Source: Bacteroidia bacterium (lineage in GTDB: Bacteria > Bacteroidota > Bacteroidia > UKL13-3). Taken from it: 64,000 nt of DNA. Shown here in pieces: positions 38,601 to 48,022 of this stretch; the first letter of the stretch is position 1; every line of letters begins with the position of its first letter. The notes beneath the pieces are model-generated. The model had not been told where the DNA came from. It was given only the letters and a program-made list of their open reading frames with translations, and did not search any database. The stretch covers positions 8,162 to 72,161 of the forward strand of contig JBILGC010000005.1 in NCBI GenBank assembly GCA_044351265.1, read 5' to 3'. A program made the translations under genes and the position numbers.

Positions 38601-40424
38601 AGCAATCCCTCCATACGTATCGACTGCTGGAATGAGGATACTGTAATTTTCCGGGTAATTGAAATACCTCAAATTGATGCAGGTAATAACTTAACTATTT
38701 GTAAGTATGAGCCTGAGTTTATCATTAGCCAAAAAGCTACCGCATCTACCACGCCATTTACCGGGGCAAGTTATTGGCGTCCTGCCAACACGGCAATAAA
38801 CTCAGCAATGAGAGATACAGTGCCTGGTGCAGGAGGAAATGGATGGTCAAAGTTTTTCGCGGGCGCATCGGTTATACCTAACCCTATGCCTCCTGCAAAT
38901 CCAACCAACACTGTTACTTATAAAATGTATTTCGAAGATCGCTCTACAGGTTGTTTGGTGCGAGACAGTATGAATATTACGGTAGCGCGTGTACCGCAAA
39001 TTGATGTTGTATATGCCAACCCGGCAAATGATTCTCCCTTGGTTTGTTTAAGCAGAGGAGATATATTCTTCAATTGTTTTGTAAATGGTAGCTTAAATAG
39101 CAATGGTGTTTATGGAGGCAGTGCAGCGTTTACTAAAAACAATTTAGGTGCTGTTCCGGGTAATGCCATCTTTAATACCTTAAACAGTTCTGTTCAGCCA
39201 AATAATATGATGATTTATTCTTGGACTGATAACTCTACTACAGCTGCTTGTTTCAGTGCAGATACAACCTTTATTAATACTCAGATACCGCCTACTATAA
39301 GTGTTACTCCTGGCTCTGTAATCTGTGCCTACCAAGATAGTTTGCCTGTTTCCGTTTCATCAATTGGTGCAGGATATACGCATACCTGGAGTATACTTCC
39401 TCCGGCTGATGGTTCATTCAGCAATGATCAGGCGCTTGCTACTAGTTATAAACCTTCGGTTGCAGATAAAGTTGCAGGAACTGTTTGGGTTAAGGCAACC
39501 ACCAATCTAAAGGATAAATGCCCAGTTGTTGCAGATAGCACTATGCTTACCATTCATCCGGTTCCAACGGCAACTGCTTTAAACGATACCGCAGCTTGTT
39601 TACCATTTACTGCTAATTTGGTTGCAGGCCCAAGCAATATTGCAACACCTGTAAATTACAGCTGGCGTTGGATTACACCCGGTGGAGGAATATCTACATC
39701 CAGCAGTATCAGCAGATCTTTTTCTACGTTTCAGAATAATGGCTTGCATTTAGGAGAGTTAACGTTAACCAGTCAGGTAGGTAATTGTGTAGACATCGAT
39801 ACCTTTTCCGTAAGAACACATGCAGTGCCTAAGGCTGATTTTTCAACGGATCCTCTAAATCGCAGAACCACCATTGCGAAGCCATTCTTTAATTTTTATG
39901 ACCAATCTACTGTGGAAGATAACAGCAATATGAGCTTCTTATGGCAACTTGGTCCCGAATTGCTTGATTCAACCAAAATGCGCATTTCCACTGAGCGCAA
40001 TCCTATGAATATTGAATACAATCCCGATGTAGGTGGCAAGGACATCTGGCTGAAAGTTACCACCGAACATGGTTGCGTTGATTCCATCTCAAAACAGATA
40101 TATATAGAGCCTGATATTACAGTATTTATTCCAAATGCATTCTTCCCCGGTTCAGGTGTGAATTGTCGTGATGGCGAGTTGTGTAACCGCGTATTTAAAG
40201 TTGCTGCCGATGGACACTTATCTATTGAGATATTTATCTTTAACCGCTGGGGCCAGCAAGTGTATTATAGCAAAGATGCAAATGAAGGATGGAACGGCAT
40301 GATGAACAACGGCAGAGATGGTGGTCAAGACTGCCCACAAGAGGTCTATATCTATCAGGTAAATGCAACTAGCTATAATGGTAAGCAATACCGCTACTCA
40401 GGCTCTGTTACTTTACTCAGATAA
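35622..40424 (+). CDS. Giant (1600 aa) cysteine-rich secreted protein with T9SS type-B (gliding motility-associated) C-terminal sorting domain
   Basis: Signal peptide. Cys-dense N-terminal ~150 aa (CVEGAPPG..CAGIPMCPGNCGAPCS..). Long Thr/Asn/Pro-rich beta-type middle. The C-terminal ..PNAFFPGSG....IFNRWGQQVYYS..GWNG....G...CPQEVYIYQV.....GKQYRYSGSVTLLR matches the TIGR04131-type CTD. Confidence 0.8.
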   Translation: MNIYIMNNLFTFLTNHLKKTIAAVLLLLLGSIFQQAEASHVVGSDISYECVEGAPPGTFRIRLVLYRDCAGIPMCPGNCGAPCSRTVAIQGADPSCNGQTFGNVTVNLVNVRDVNPNPDCPTSKSTCTNMGCVSPGPFTPAVERYEFTGIVNLNQIGIPASCCNVRMVWQECCRNGAITTGASNQNFYMEAVVNRCLSSNPCNGSPQLSNDPYAFACGGQPFTFNNGAIDPDLDSLTYSFTPALQGPGASVTYIPPYSAQTPMPWTGPASGVFPAGISCDPTTGDIMFTAPMGGGGMIIGVMAIVVRQWRTINGVPTVIGITRRDIQMVVMQCPPNNPPRITTRPSNPGNQPKTSWSICAGDQLCFDIVAKDTDFLPPTISDTTKLAWNNALARFGATFTPNYNPTQRRLLGPREDDFKFCWQPAENLASTTPYYFTVTAKDNRCPLPGTITRAFNIRVLAKPDVTMQKISHTCGKWSVKYNLPVNKPVQSFVLRSWQIARQPYDYSFLNGTYAYNNVQETPIISFTKGGKYLVLLNMASPGPPGSPPCIKNFYDTITVDTPVAPIVRDTFVCIGNSVTFRAQARYGRPAYQFRWFNNIKDTIVPLNTPPLTVGNLTVAPTQTRRYTIQVRDIEGCRVYDSITVQVRRSPIGALPDSTRLCFGDSVTMNPGDDGGRVRQFLWSTGDTLQQITRGDSNTYTVRLIDTSGCIQFDTMKVFVNRPIVPNAGIDTAICAGDTATLIASGGQLYAWRNITSNTVLSPKSHNRTIRVNPINVTIPTQYELTVYQSYPDTTSRYKECQNIDTVTITVRPLPVLTRPQPVQACRSTSLINAPIFGVNQPGGVGIWSYPKAPGAVVNGPVVQFRVDSLKNIPNKDTTGSFDNWLIYSYTSPANFGGCSRTDSSIMRIYGNPRVNAGPLLTWCENGGIYNITSANQKYSPTGNATQEEWTGNGIYSQTVGINKLHYFNPNLPGVIKYPGINIQKYKYTQIYNASNPSIRIDCWNEDTVIFRVIEIPQIDAGNNLTICKYEPEFIISQKATASTTPFTGASYWRPANTAINSAMRDTVPGAGGNGWSKFFAGASVIPNPMPPANPTNTVTYKMYFEDRSTGCLVRDSMNITVARVPQIDVVYANPANDSPLVCLSRGDIFFNCFVNGSLNSNGVYGGSAAFTKNNLGAVPGNAIFNTLNSSVQPNNMMIYSWTDNSTTAACFSADTTFINTQIPPTISVTPGSVICAYQDSLPVSVSSIGAGYTHTWSILPPADGSFSNDQALATSYKPSVADKVAGTVWVKATTNLKDKCPVVADSTMLTIHPVPTATALNDTAACLPFTANLVAGPSNIATPVNYSWRWITPGGGISTSSSISRSFSTFQNNGLHLGELTLTSQVGNCVDIDTFSVRTHAVPKADFSTDPLNRRTTIAKPFFNFYDQSTVEDNSNMSFLWQLGPELLDSTKMRISTERNPMNIEYNPDVGGKDIWLKVTTEHGCVDSISKQIYIEPDITVFIPNAFFPGSGVNCRDGELCNRVFKVAADGHLSIEIFIFNRWGQQVYYSKDANEGWNGMMNNGRDGGQDCPQEVYIYQVNATSYNGKQYRYSGSVTLLR

Positions 40425-40446
40425 TATTTATCATTAGCCTTGATAG

Positions 40447-40488
40447 AAACGGGATGCTGATTTATTTCAGTGTCCCGTTTTCATTTAT
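40447..40488 (+). terminator. Stem-loop (AAACGGGA...TCCCGTTT with an internal CTGA/TCAG stem) followed by a T-rich tract
   Basis: Seen in sequence 22 nt after the stop of the 1600-aa gene. Confidence 0.5.
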
Positions 40489-40542
40489 ACTTGCTCAGAA
40501 AGCAAATGAGGAAATTTTATATCTTGCTGCAAATTGTATGCA

Positions 40543-43515
40543 ATGAAAAAAGTTATCATTCTTCTGCTTTTCTTAGACACCCTTCACGCAAGTGCACAGG
40601 AAACTTTTCCGGTAAATGGACCACATAACTCCCAAATACAATTTGATGCATTTGTAAATGCAACCATACAGGTTGATGAACAAACAAAACTTACTAATGC
40701 CACACTCATTATTAAAAATGGTAAAATAGAACAGGTAGGCATTAATCTGCCTCGTCCTGCAGGCGCAATAGTGCATGATATGAAGGGGCGTTATATTTAT
40801 CCTGCATTTGTTGAGTTGTGTGCCGGCACGATTACTGTACCCAAAAACCAAAATACAAATAAGGCTGACTTGCCCTTTCTATCATCTAAATCAGGAGCCT
40901 ATCATTGGAATGAGGCCATAAAACCAGAAGCCCATGCAGTTAATTATTTTACCACCGATGAAAAACAGAGCATGCATTACAGAGCTTGCGGTTTTGGCTC
41001 AGTGCTTGCGCATATAGATGATGGTATTTACCGAGGTACTGCTGTGCTTGCCACTACAGGTTATGCTGCAAATGAGCATGAACTCATTATCAAAGAAAAG
41101 GCAGCCTCTGTTCTCTCATTTAAAAAAGGCAATTCGCCACAGGATTATCCTTCATCATTGATGGGGTGTGTAGCATTATTGCGCCAAACATATTATGATG
41201 CCCGCTGGTATGCTAATCAGAACATAGAGAAAAATCTGAGCCTTCAGGCTTTTAATGAACAACAAACATTACCCCAGATTTTCATAGCCAATCATAAATT
41301 GAATTTATTGCGCGCAGACAAAATAGCTGATGAATTTAATTTAACCTATATCATTAAAGGAGCAGGAGATGAGTACCAGCGTATTAGTGAAATTAAGGCC
41401 ACTAAAGCCCCACTTATTGTTCCGGTAAATTTTCCAAAGCCATTTGAAGTAAGTGATCCTTATGATGCAGATTTAATTTCGCTTGGCGATTTAAAGCATT
41501 GGGAGCTGGCTCCATATAATTTAGCTGCCTTGTATGCAGGCCAAATTGAGTGTGCCATTACCGCTGATGGATGTAAAGATGCTTCAACATTTTTAAAGAA
41601 TTTAAGAAAAGCCCATCAAAATGGCGCTTCTTCTCAGCAGCTGCTTCGTTCATTAACCACTATACCTGCCAAGCTGATTAAAATGGAACAACAACTTGGT
41701 GCTGTAAGGCCGGGGATGATGGCCAACTTGATTGTAACAAATGGCGACTTATTTGATGAGGAAACCAATATTCTTGCCATTTGGACAAAGGGTGTGAAGC
41801 ATACAGTTGATCAGCTGCCTGAAAATAAACTTTCCGGAACCTATCAAATTCAATTGAGTAATAATGAAGCTCTACAGTTGATTGCAAAATCAAAAAAAGG
41901 AAAACAGTTTTACCAAATACTAAATGGAACAGATACACTGCAAGCGCAGGTAAATATTTCTCAGCTCATTACCATTGGTTTTCCGGTTTCAAAAAGTAAT
42001 TCGTTTAACCAACAACTTACAGCATATGTTACAAAAACCGATAGCAGCAGTTTCCCTTATGTTATAAAAGAATTGCAAGGGGAGGTGGTTCTGCAATCAG
42101 GCAGCCGCATGGCATGTAATATTAAATGGGTTGCACCAACTGCGGTTGAGAAGGCAGCTGATGCAGAGAAGAAAATATCGGAGCCCGGAAAAGTTCTTTA
42201 TCCTTTTACTGAGTATGGGTATGAAGCTTTACGAACTCAGGAAACAGTAATATTTAAAAATGCAGTTGTTTGGACAAATGAGCAGGAAGGTATACTGAAG
42301 GAAACCGATGTGGCAATTAAAGACGGTAAAATATTTGCAGTAGGGAAAAATATATCTATACCTGCAGCAAAAATTATTGATGCTACTGGTAAGCACCTCA
42401 CTGCAGGAATCATTGATGAGCACTCTCATATTGCCATCACTCAAGGTGTAAATGAAGGCACACAAGCTATAACAAGTGAAGTCAGAATTGGTGATGCGGT
42501 AAATAGCGAAGACGTTAATATCTACAGACAGTTGGCAGGGGGCGTTGTAGCTGCTCAACTATTACATGGTTCAGCCAATCCAATTGGTGGGCAAAGTGCA
42601 ATTATTAAGTTACGATGGGGTTTGCCACCGGAGCAAATGAAAATTGAAGGGGCTGACGGTTTTATTAAATTTGCATTGGGAGAGAATGTAAAGCAAAGCA
42701 ACTGGGGCGATAGGGCTACCATTCGTTATCCGCAAACACGCATGGGTGTTGAGCAAATGATGATGGATGGATTTACGCGTGCAAGCCAATATGAGCGAGA
42801 TTTAAAACGCAATCCCAATATCAGAAAAGATCTGGAGCTGGAGGCTTTGCTTGAGATACTTCGGAAGAAAAGATTTATCAGCTGCCACTCTTATGTGCAA
42901 TCAGAAATTAATATGCTCATGCATTTGGCCGATTCATTTGGATTTAGGGTAAACACATTTACACACATCTTGGAAGGATATAAAGTTGCTGATAAAATGA
43001 AAAAGCATGGCGTTTATGCCAGCACATTTGCCGACTGGTGGGCATACAAATATGAGGTGATTGATGCCATACCTTATAATGCAGCCATTCTCAATAAAGT
43101 GGGCGTATTAACTGCTGTTAATTCCGATGATGCCGAGATGGGCAGAAGACTTAACCAAGAAGCGGCAAAGATTGTGAAGTATGGAGGCATAAGTGAAGAA
43201 GAAGCATGGAAGATGGTTACACTCAATCCTGCAAAGATGCTCCATTTGGATCACAGAATGGGCTCAGTGAAAGTTGGTAAAGATGCAGATATTGTTCTAT
43301 GGAACAATCATCCTTTAAGCATTTATGCCCAGCCTGAGTATACATATGTTGATGGTAAATGTTTATATAGCAAAGAGCAAGATGTTTTGCTAAGAACCTA
43401 CATACAAAAAGAGCGTATGCGAATTATTGCTACAATGCAAGCTGCCAAAGCTGCAGGTGAAAAGACAGAGAACCATGTTTCAGAAACAGACCCAAATTAT
43501 CATTGTGAAGATTAA
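40543..43515 (+). CDS. Large secreted amidohydrolase-superfamily protein (993-aa ORF; COG1228-like metal-dependent hydrolase domains)
   Basis: Signal peptide MKKVIILLLFLDTLHASAQ. Metal-binding HxH (IDEHSHIAITQG). Amidohydrolase-like C-terminal Asp region (..AVNSDDAEM..). Confidence 0.75.
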   Translation: MKKVIILLLFLDTLHASAQETFPVNGPHNSQIQFDAFVNATIQVDEQTKLTNATLIIKNGKIEQVGINLPRPAGAIVHDMKGRYIYPAFVELCAGTITVPKNQNTNKADLPFLSSKSGAYHWNEAIKPEAHAVNYFTTDEKQSMHYRACGFGSVLAHIDDGIYRGTAVLATTGYAANEHELIIKEKAASVLSFKKGNSPQDYPSSLMGCVALLRQTYYDARWYANQNIEKNLSLQAFNEQQTLPQIFIANHKLNLLRADKIADEFNLTYIIKGAGDEYQRISEIKATKAPLIVPVNFPKPFEVSDPYDADLISLGDLKHWELAPYNLAALYAGQIECAITADGCKDASTFLKNLRKAHQNGASSQQLLRSLTTIPAKLIKMEQQLGAVRPGMMANLIVTNGDLFDEETNILAIWTKGVKHTVDQLPENKLSGTYQIQLSNNEALQLIAKSKKGKQFYQILNGTDTLQAQVNISQLITIGFPVSKSNSFNQQLTAYVTKTDSSSFPYVIKELQGEVVLQSGSRMACNIKWVAPTAVEKAADAEKKISEPGKVLYPFTEYGYEALRTQETVIFKNAVVWTNEQEGILKETDVAIKDGKIFAVGKNISIPAAKIIDATGKHLTAGIIDEHSHIAITQGVNEGTQAITSEVRIGDAVNSEDVNIYRQLAGGVVAAQLLHGSANPIGGQSAIIKLRWGLPPEQMKIEGADGFIKFALGENVKQSNWGDRATIRYPQTRMGVEQMMMDGFTRASQYERDLKRNPNIRKDLELEALLEILRKKRFISCHSYVQSEINMLMHLADSFGFRVNTFTHILEGYKVADKMKKHGVYASTFADWWAYKYEVIDAIPYNAAILNKVGVLTAVNSDDAEMGRRLNQEAAKIVKYGGISEEEAWKMVTLNPAKMLHLDHRMGSVKVGKDADIVLWNNHPLSIYAQPEYTYVDGKCLYSKEQDVLLRTYIQKERMRIIATMQAAKAAGEKTENHVSETDPNYHCED

Positions 43516-43525
43516 AACAGATTGT

Positions 43526-44788
43526 ATGAAAAATAACATATTTACATTCCTATTGTTGTTTGCCATTAGTCCTTTGCTTGCCCAGCAAATACCGGTTATT
43601 ATTCAAGATGGAACATTCCATCTGGGCAACGGACAGGTTATGGAGAACGGCTATCTTGTGATGCTTGAAGGAAGGATTGCGTTTGTTGGCAAAGAGTTAC
43701 CTGCCTTTTATAAAAATGCCAAGGTTATTCAAGCTACCGGTAAACACATATATCCCGGATTTATTTGCATGAATACCTACGTTGGTTTAAACGAAATTGA
43801 TGCCGTGCGTGCCACCAGAGATTATCAAGAAGTAGGCTTATTCAATCCAAATGCCCGTGCACTAATTGCATATAATACCGATTCTAAAATCATACCTACC
43901 GTAAGGTTTAATGGAATTACACACGTACAGGCTGTTCCGCAAGGTGGAGTAATAAGTGGTTCGTCCAGTGTGATGAAAACTACCGGCTGGAATTGGGAAG
44001 ATGCCGCTGTGCTTGCAGATGATGGCATACACCTAAACTGGCCTGAACATTACATACAAACAGGTTGGTGGGCAGAGCCGGGTGATATACAGAAAACCAA
44101 AACCCGAGAGCAGGTAGATGCAATTGCCGATTTTTTCAGAGAAAGCAAGCGTTATTCAATGCTCAAAAATTCTGATAAGGTAAACCTTCGCTATGAATCA
44201 ATGAGAGGGATATTTAATAGCAGTAAAAATGTGTATGTGCATATAAATAGTACTAAGGGTATTCTTTCAGCTATCCAATTTTTTAAAAATTACCCCGAAA
44301 TTAAATGGGTATTGATGGGAGCAAGCGATGCATGGAAGGTAGCTGATTTAATAAAAGAGAATAATATTCCGGTTGTGCTTAATCAGTTACACCGCCTGCC
44401 AAATAGAAATGCAGATGATGTAGATCTACCATTTAAACTTCCGTATTTACTTATGCAAAGAGGAATTCAGGTTGCTATAGCACATGGAGGTAGCTGGGAG
44501 AGCAGAAATGTAATGTTTAATGCAGGTACTGCTGCAGCAAACGGTTTAACCAAAGAGCAGGCGTTGATGTGTATCACTTCAATACCCGCAAAAATTATGG
44601 GACTTAAAGATGCAGGTACATTGGAGCAGGGTAAGCAAGCAAGCATCATCATCAGCGAAGGAGATGCATTGGATATGCGCACCAATAAAATTGAGTGGAT
44701 GTTTATTAATGGAGAAGCAATAAACAATAAAAATCAGCAGGTAGATTTATATGAGAAGTACATAAATAAGTACGGATTAAAACCATGA
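43526..44788 (+). CDS. Secreted amidohydrolase-family protein (~420 aa, COG1228-like)
   Basis: Signal peptide MKNNIFTFLLLFAISPLLAQQ. Amidohydrolase fold features. The annotated ORF has a 33-aa N-terminal extension overlapping the previous gene, which I trimmed. Confidence 0.75.
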   Translation: MKNNIFTFLLLFAISPLLAQQIPVIIQDGTFHLGNGQVMENGYLVMLEGRIAFVGKELPAFYKNAKVIQATGKHIYPGFICMNTYVGLNEIDAVRATRDYQEVGLFNPNARALIAYNTDSKIIPTVRFNGITHVQAVPQGGVISGSSSVMKTTGWNWEDAAVLADDGIHLNWPEHYIQTGWWAEPGDIQKTKTREQVDAIADFFRESKRYSMLKNSDKVNLRYESMRGIFNSSKNVYVHINSTKGILSAIQFFKNYPEIKWVLMGASDAWKVADLIKENNIPVVLNQLHRLPNRNADDVDLPFKLPYLLMQRGIQVAIAHGGSWESRNVMFNAGTAAANGLTKEQALMCITSIPAKIMGLKDAGTLEQGKQASIIISEGDALDMRTNKIEWMFINGEAINNKNQQVDLYEKYINKYGLKP

Positions 44789-45345
44789 GCAAGGAGGAAG
44801 AAAATCCTTGGCGCACGCTTCAATCCAAAACTGTTTATGAATCCCCTTGGATTGCAGTTCATCACCATGATGTGATAAATCCGGCAGGCAATCCGGGTAC
44901 TTATTCTGTTGTTCACTTTAAGAAACTGGCAATTGGTATTTTACCACTTGATGAAAATATGAATACATGGCTAGTTGGTCAGTATCGTTATCCTTTGAAT
45001 ACTTATACTTGGGAAATTCCTGAGGGTGGAGGTAACCTCGATGAAACACCGCTGGCATCTGCAAAACGAGAATTGCTGGAAGAGTGCGGTTTAGAGGCAA
45101 CAGAATGGAAGTTGATACAACAATTGCAACTGAGTAATTCTGCTACGGATGAAGTTGCTTTTTTATTTGTTGCCAAAGGTTTAACGCATAAAATGGCACA
45201 GCCTGAAGAAACAGAGCAATTGCAAATTAAAAAAGTGTCTTTTGACGAAGCCTATAGAATGGTAGTTGAAGGCATTATTACCGATAGTTTAAGTGTAGCC
45301 GCCATTTTGAAGGCTAGATTATTGTTGCTTGAAAATAAATTATAA
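44785..45345 (+). CDS. NUDIX hydrolase
   Basis: Nudix box EIPEGGGNLDETPLASAKRELLEECGL. The start overlaps the amidohydrolase stop (ATGA). Confidence 0.8.
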   Translation: MSKEEENPWRTLQSKTVYESPWIAVHHHDVINPAGNPGTYSVVHFKKLAIGILPLDENMNTWLVGQYRYPLNTYTWEIPEGGGNLDETPLASAKRELLEECGLEATEWKLIQQLQLSNSATDEVAFLFVAKGLTHKMAQPEETEQLQIKKVSFDEAYRMVVEGIITDSLSVAAILKARLLLLENKL

Positions 45346-45355
45346 AACAGCATTG

Positions 45356-45868
45356 CTATTTAATCTCCAGACACATCATATAGTCTTTGCAAAGCCTCTC
45401 GCCCAGTTGAAAACTCCTTTCACCAAAAACGGTGAATCCATTTTTCTCATAAAACTTTACTGCGCGTATATTCTCCTTCCACACACCTAAAAAAAGGCAA
45501 TCAAAATTATATTGTGTGGCATGGGCAATGGCTTTATCCATTAACAATTGCCCGGCATGCTTGCCAAAGTAATTTTGTTGTACATAAATCTTTTCAAGCT
45601 CAATGCATCTTCCCTCTAATCCATCATAAGGTATATTGGCAATGAGTTTAATATAACCAACGGGAGCAACATCTTCTTCGCAGAGATAATAGGTAATGTC
45701 AGGCGTATTCAAGTTTTGTTCAATAGTCGAATGACTATATGCTTTTTGTATATACGCCTGCATATCTTCTTCGGTATTATGAGGTCTGAAGGTATCATAA
45801 AAGGTTTGTCCACCAATTGCTGATAATGCAGCAGTGTCCTCTGCATTACATTTTCTTATGTTCAGCAT
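45356..45868 (-). CDS. GNAT family N-acetyltransferase
   Basis: Acetyl-CoA-binding region ..VQQNYFGKHAGQLLMDKAI.. and GNAT size and organisation. Confidence 0.7.
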   Translation of the reverse strand: MLNIRKCNAEDTAALSAIGGQTFYDTFRPHNTEEDMQAYIQKAYSHSTIEQNLNTPDITYYLCEEDVAPVGYIKLIANIPYDGLEGRCIELEKIYVQQNYFGKHAGQLLMDKAIAHATQYNFDCLFLGVWKENIRAVKFYEKNGFTVFGERSFQLGERLCKDYMMCLEIK

Positions 45869-46238
45869 ATTTTGCAGCGCTTAGGTAATCTCTTATTTGC
45901 ATCGCTCTTATAATATAGGTAGCCATCAGCTCAAGATCGGGAGTGTGATGTTCAAACAACTCCCAGTGCTTTACATGTGTCTGGCCCGCATCCGCCACAA
46001 GCATGTGTGTATCTTCTGTCAATAAATTTCCATTGCAGAAACCCAGTACCATCCTTTTCTTTTTAAACGTGCCCATATAAAGCATCATTCCTTTGTAGTC
46101 GAAAAAAGCAGTATTGTAGCGTATGGTTTCTTTAATTTCCGGAAAGGTAGAAATCAGTTGTCTTACTTCCATGAATCGTTCTTTCATCCATTGCGGAAGT
46201 TGAGAAACATAATCATCAACGGAATAAAACCGAGTCAT
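45846..46238 (-). CDS. DUF1801 (YdhG-like) domain protein
   Basis: 130 aa. N-terminal ..SVDDYVSQLPQWMKERFMEVRQLI.. is typical of the DUF1801 family. Confidence 0.5.
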   Translation of the reverse strand: MTRFYSVDDYVSQLPQWMKERFMEVRQLISTFPEIKETIRYNTAFFDYKGMMLYMGTFKKKRMVLGFCNGNLLTEDTHMLVADAGQTHVKHWELFEHHTPDLELMATYIIRAMQIRDYLSAAKYAEHKKM

Positions 46239-46925
46239 TTACTTTCTTGAGAAAATCAAATCCAGGTTTCTTTTAGGCATGGCAAAATCCGGATAAATCT
46301 CAAGGGCTTTAAAGTAGCATTCCTTTGCCTTGTCGATGTTTTTTTGCTGCATATAAACAAAGCCCAGCATATTCCAGGCTGCAGCTTCAACAGGAACCAT
46401 TTGTTTAGTGCGTTCATCTGCAAAAACTTCAAGCGTTTCTTTGCTGCCTTTATAGTTTGCCAAAATATTATCAATGGTTTGGCGAGCATCCTTCAGGTTG
46501 CCGGTAGCTACCTGAATTGATGCAATCTGAGCCATGTATTGAACCTTACCGGTTGATTTATATAGGTTGCTTAGCAAATTAAATTGCTCTTCTACCTCAC
46601 CTGTTTCCTGCAGGCAAATTAATTTTATATTCAGAAATTTCTCATCGGTGGGATAGCGCTTTAAACTTTCATTAACCGATGCAAGGCAAGCCTGAACATT
46701 GTTTACAGCTCCAAACAATTCAGGCAGTGAGTCGCGCAGCCCATTGGTTGAGTCAGAAAGTAAAATGAGCTGTATTGCTGATATAGCAGTTTGATAATCT
46801 TTCATTGCCATACTTTTTTCGTATAGCTTTTTATAATCGACACCATTATCTGCTCCTGAATTAGTTGAAGGTTTACAGGCAAAAAACAAGGCAATTGCAA
46901 CAAAAGGAATAATCAGTCTTTTCAT
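46239..46925 (-). CDS. TPR-repeat lipoprotein
   Basis: Lipobox FFACKPS and TPR-like repeats (..AKECYFKALEIYPDF..). Confidence 0.65.
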   Translation of the reverse strand: MKRLIIPFVAIALFFACKPSTNSGADNGVDYKKLYEKSMAMKDYQTAISAIQLILLSDSTNGLRDSLPELFGAVNNVQACLASVNESLKRYPTDEKFLNIKLICLQETGEVEEQFNLLSNLYKSTGKVQYMAQIASIQVATGNLKDARQTIDNILANYKGSKETLEVFADERTKQMVPVEAAAWNMLGFVYMQQKNIDKAKECYFKALEIYPDFAMPKRNLDLIFSRK

Positions 46926-47956
46926 TATTGATGTTCTTTAAATTGTTTTATTTCTTGGCAAATGTAAGCAAGTGTTTCATTTATTGGGGTGAATTTAAAG
47001 TCTGTTTTTGTTTCAATCTTCTTTCCGCTATAATAATATGCTTTTAAAGATGTTCGGGCAGTTTCACGGGTTATTGCAGGCTTTTTCCCAGTAGCCAGAT
47101 ATTTTAAATAATCTGCTGCTACTGCAAGTTTTGCAATAAAGGGTGTTACGCAGATTTTTGGTTTCTTTTTTTGTAGCAAGGTTGCTGTGGTATCCAAAAA
47201 ATCCTTCATGCATAAATTATCTGATACCAACACATAACGTTCGCCAAATTTTTTTTGTTCAGTTAGAACCAGCATGGCTTTAGCTACATCATTCACATCT
47301 ACATAGCCGTTTACACCGGTAGTATAAAATGGCATGCCATTCCAAACCAAATCAAACAATTTGCAGGAGCCTTTATACCAGCTTCCTGCACCTAAAATAA
47401 CACCCGGGTTTACCACTACCACTTGCAAACCTTCTTCCATGCCACGCCACACTTCCATCTCTGCTTTGTATTTGCTAACAGCATAGTTGCTATTTTCATT
47501 AGAGTTTATCCATTTAGACTGCTCATCAATTAATGTCCCTGCTTTTGCTCTTCCGAGCGCTGCTATAGAGCTTACATGACATAACTGCTTAACACTGCAG
47601 ATTAGTGCTGTATTTACAACATTGGTTGTTCCTTCAACGTTTGTAAGCATCATGGCATCGCGGTCTTTTTGTAAAAATGAAACCATGGCTGCACAATGGT
47701 AAACTGTATCAACTCCATCAAAGGCTTTAGTAAGTGCCGGAACATCCATAATATCTGCATCCAGCCATTGAAGATGAAGCATTAACTCTTTTTTCTGCTC
47801 AGGCGTACGGGTTTTAAAAAATAATGCTGCTATGTATTCAAACTCAGCTAATGAAGATTGGGCACGTTTTAATGCACGCACATTTTTACCTGCCTGCAAT
47901 AAGTGGCAAACAACGTGTGCGCCCAAAAATCCTGTGGCTCCGGTTACTGCTATCAA
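46925..47956 (-). CDS. NAD-dependent epimerase/dehydratase (extended SDR)
   Basis: N-terminal VTGATGFLGAHVV Rossmann motif and YxxxK (YAVSKYKAE). Confidence 0.8.
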   Translation of the reverse strand: MIAVTGATGFLGAHVVCHLLQAGKNVRALKRAQSSLAEFEYIAALFFKTRTPEQKKELMLHLQWLDADIMDVPALTKAFDGVDTVYHCAAMVSFLQKDRDAMMLTNVEGTTNVVNTALICSVKQLCHVSSIAALGRAKAGTLIDEQSKWINSNENSNYAVSKYKAEMEVWRGMEEGLQVVVVNPGVILGAGSWYKGSCKLFDLVWNGMPFYTTGVNGYVDVNDVAKAMLVLTEQKKFGERYVLVSDNLCMKDFLDTTATLLQKKKPKICVTPFIAKLAVAADYLKYLATGKKPAITRETARTSLKAYYYSGKKIETKTDFKFTPINETLAYICQEIKQFKEHQ

Positions 47957-48022
47957 GGTGTGGATATGTTAATTAAAGGCCGCTCAAAAATAGGCTATTT
48001 TGTGGTGTTCATTTCTATAAGT

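Noticed and set aside
47903-48022. A 40-aa N-terminal extension of the arginase-fold ORF that overlaps the divergent epimerase gene start
   Set aside because: The extension (MANNVCAQKSCGSGYCYQG..) has no conserved features and creates a 54-nt divergent overlap. The internal Met at 48023 gives a normal 66-nt divergent spacer.
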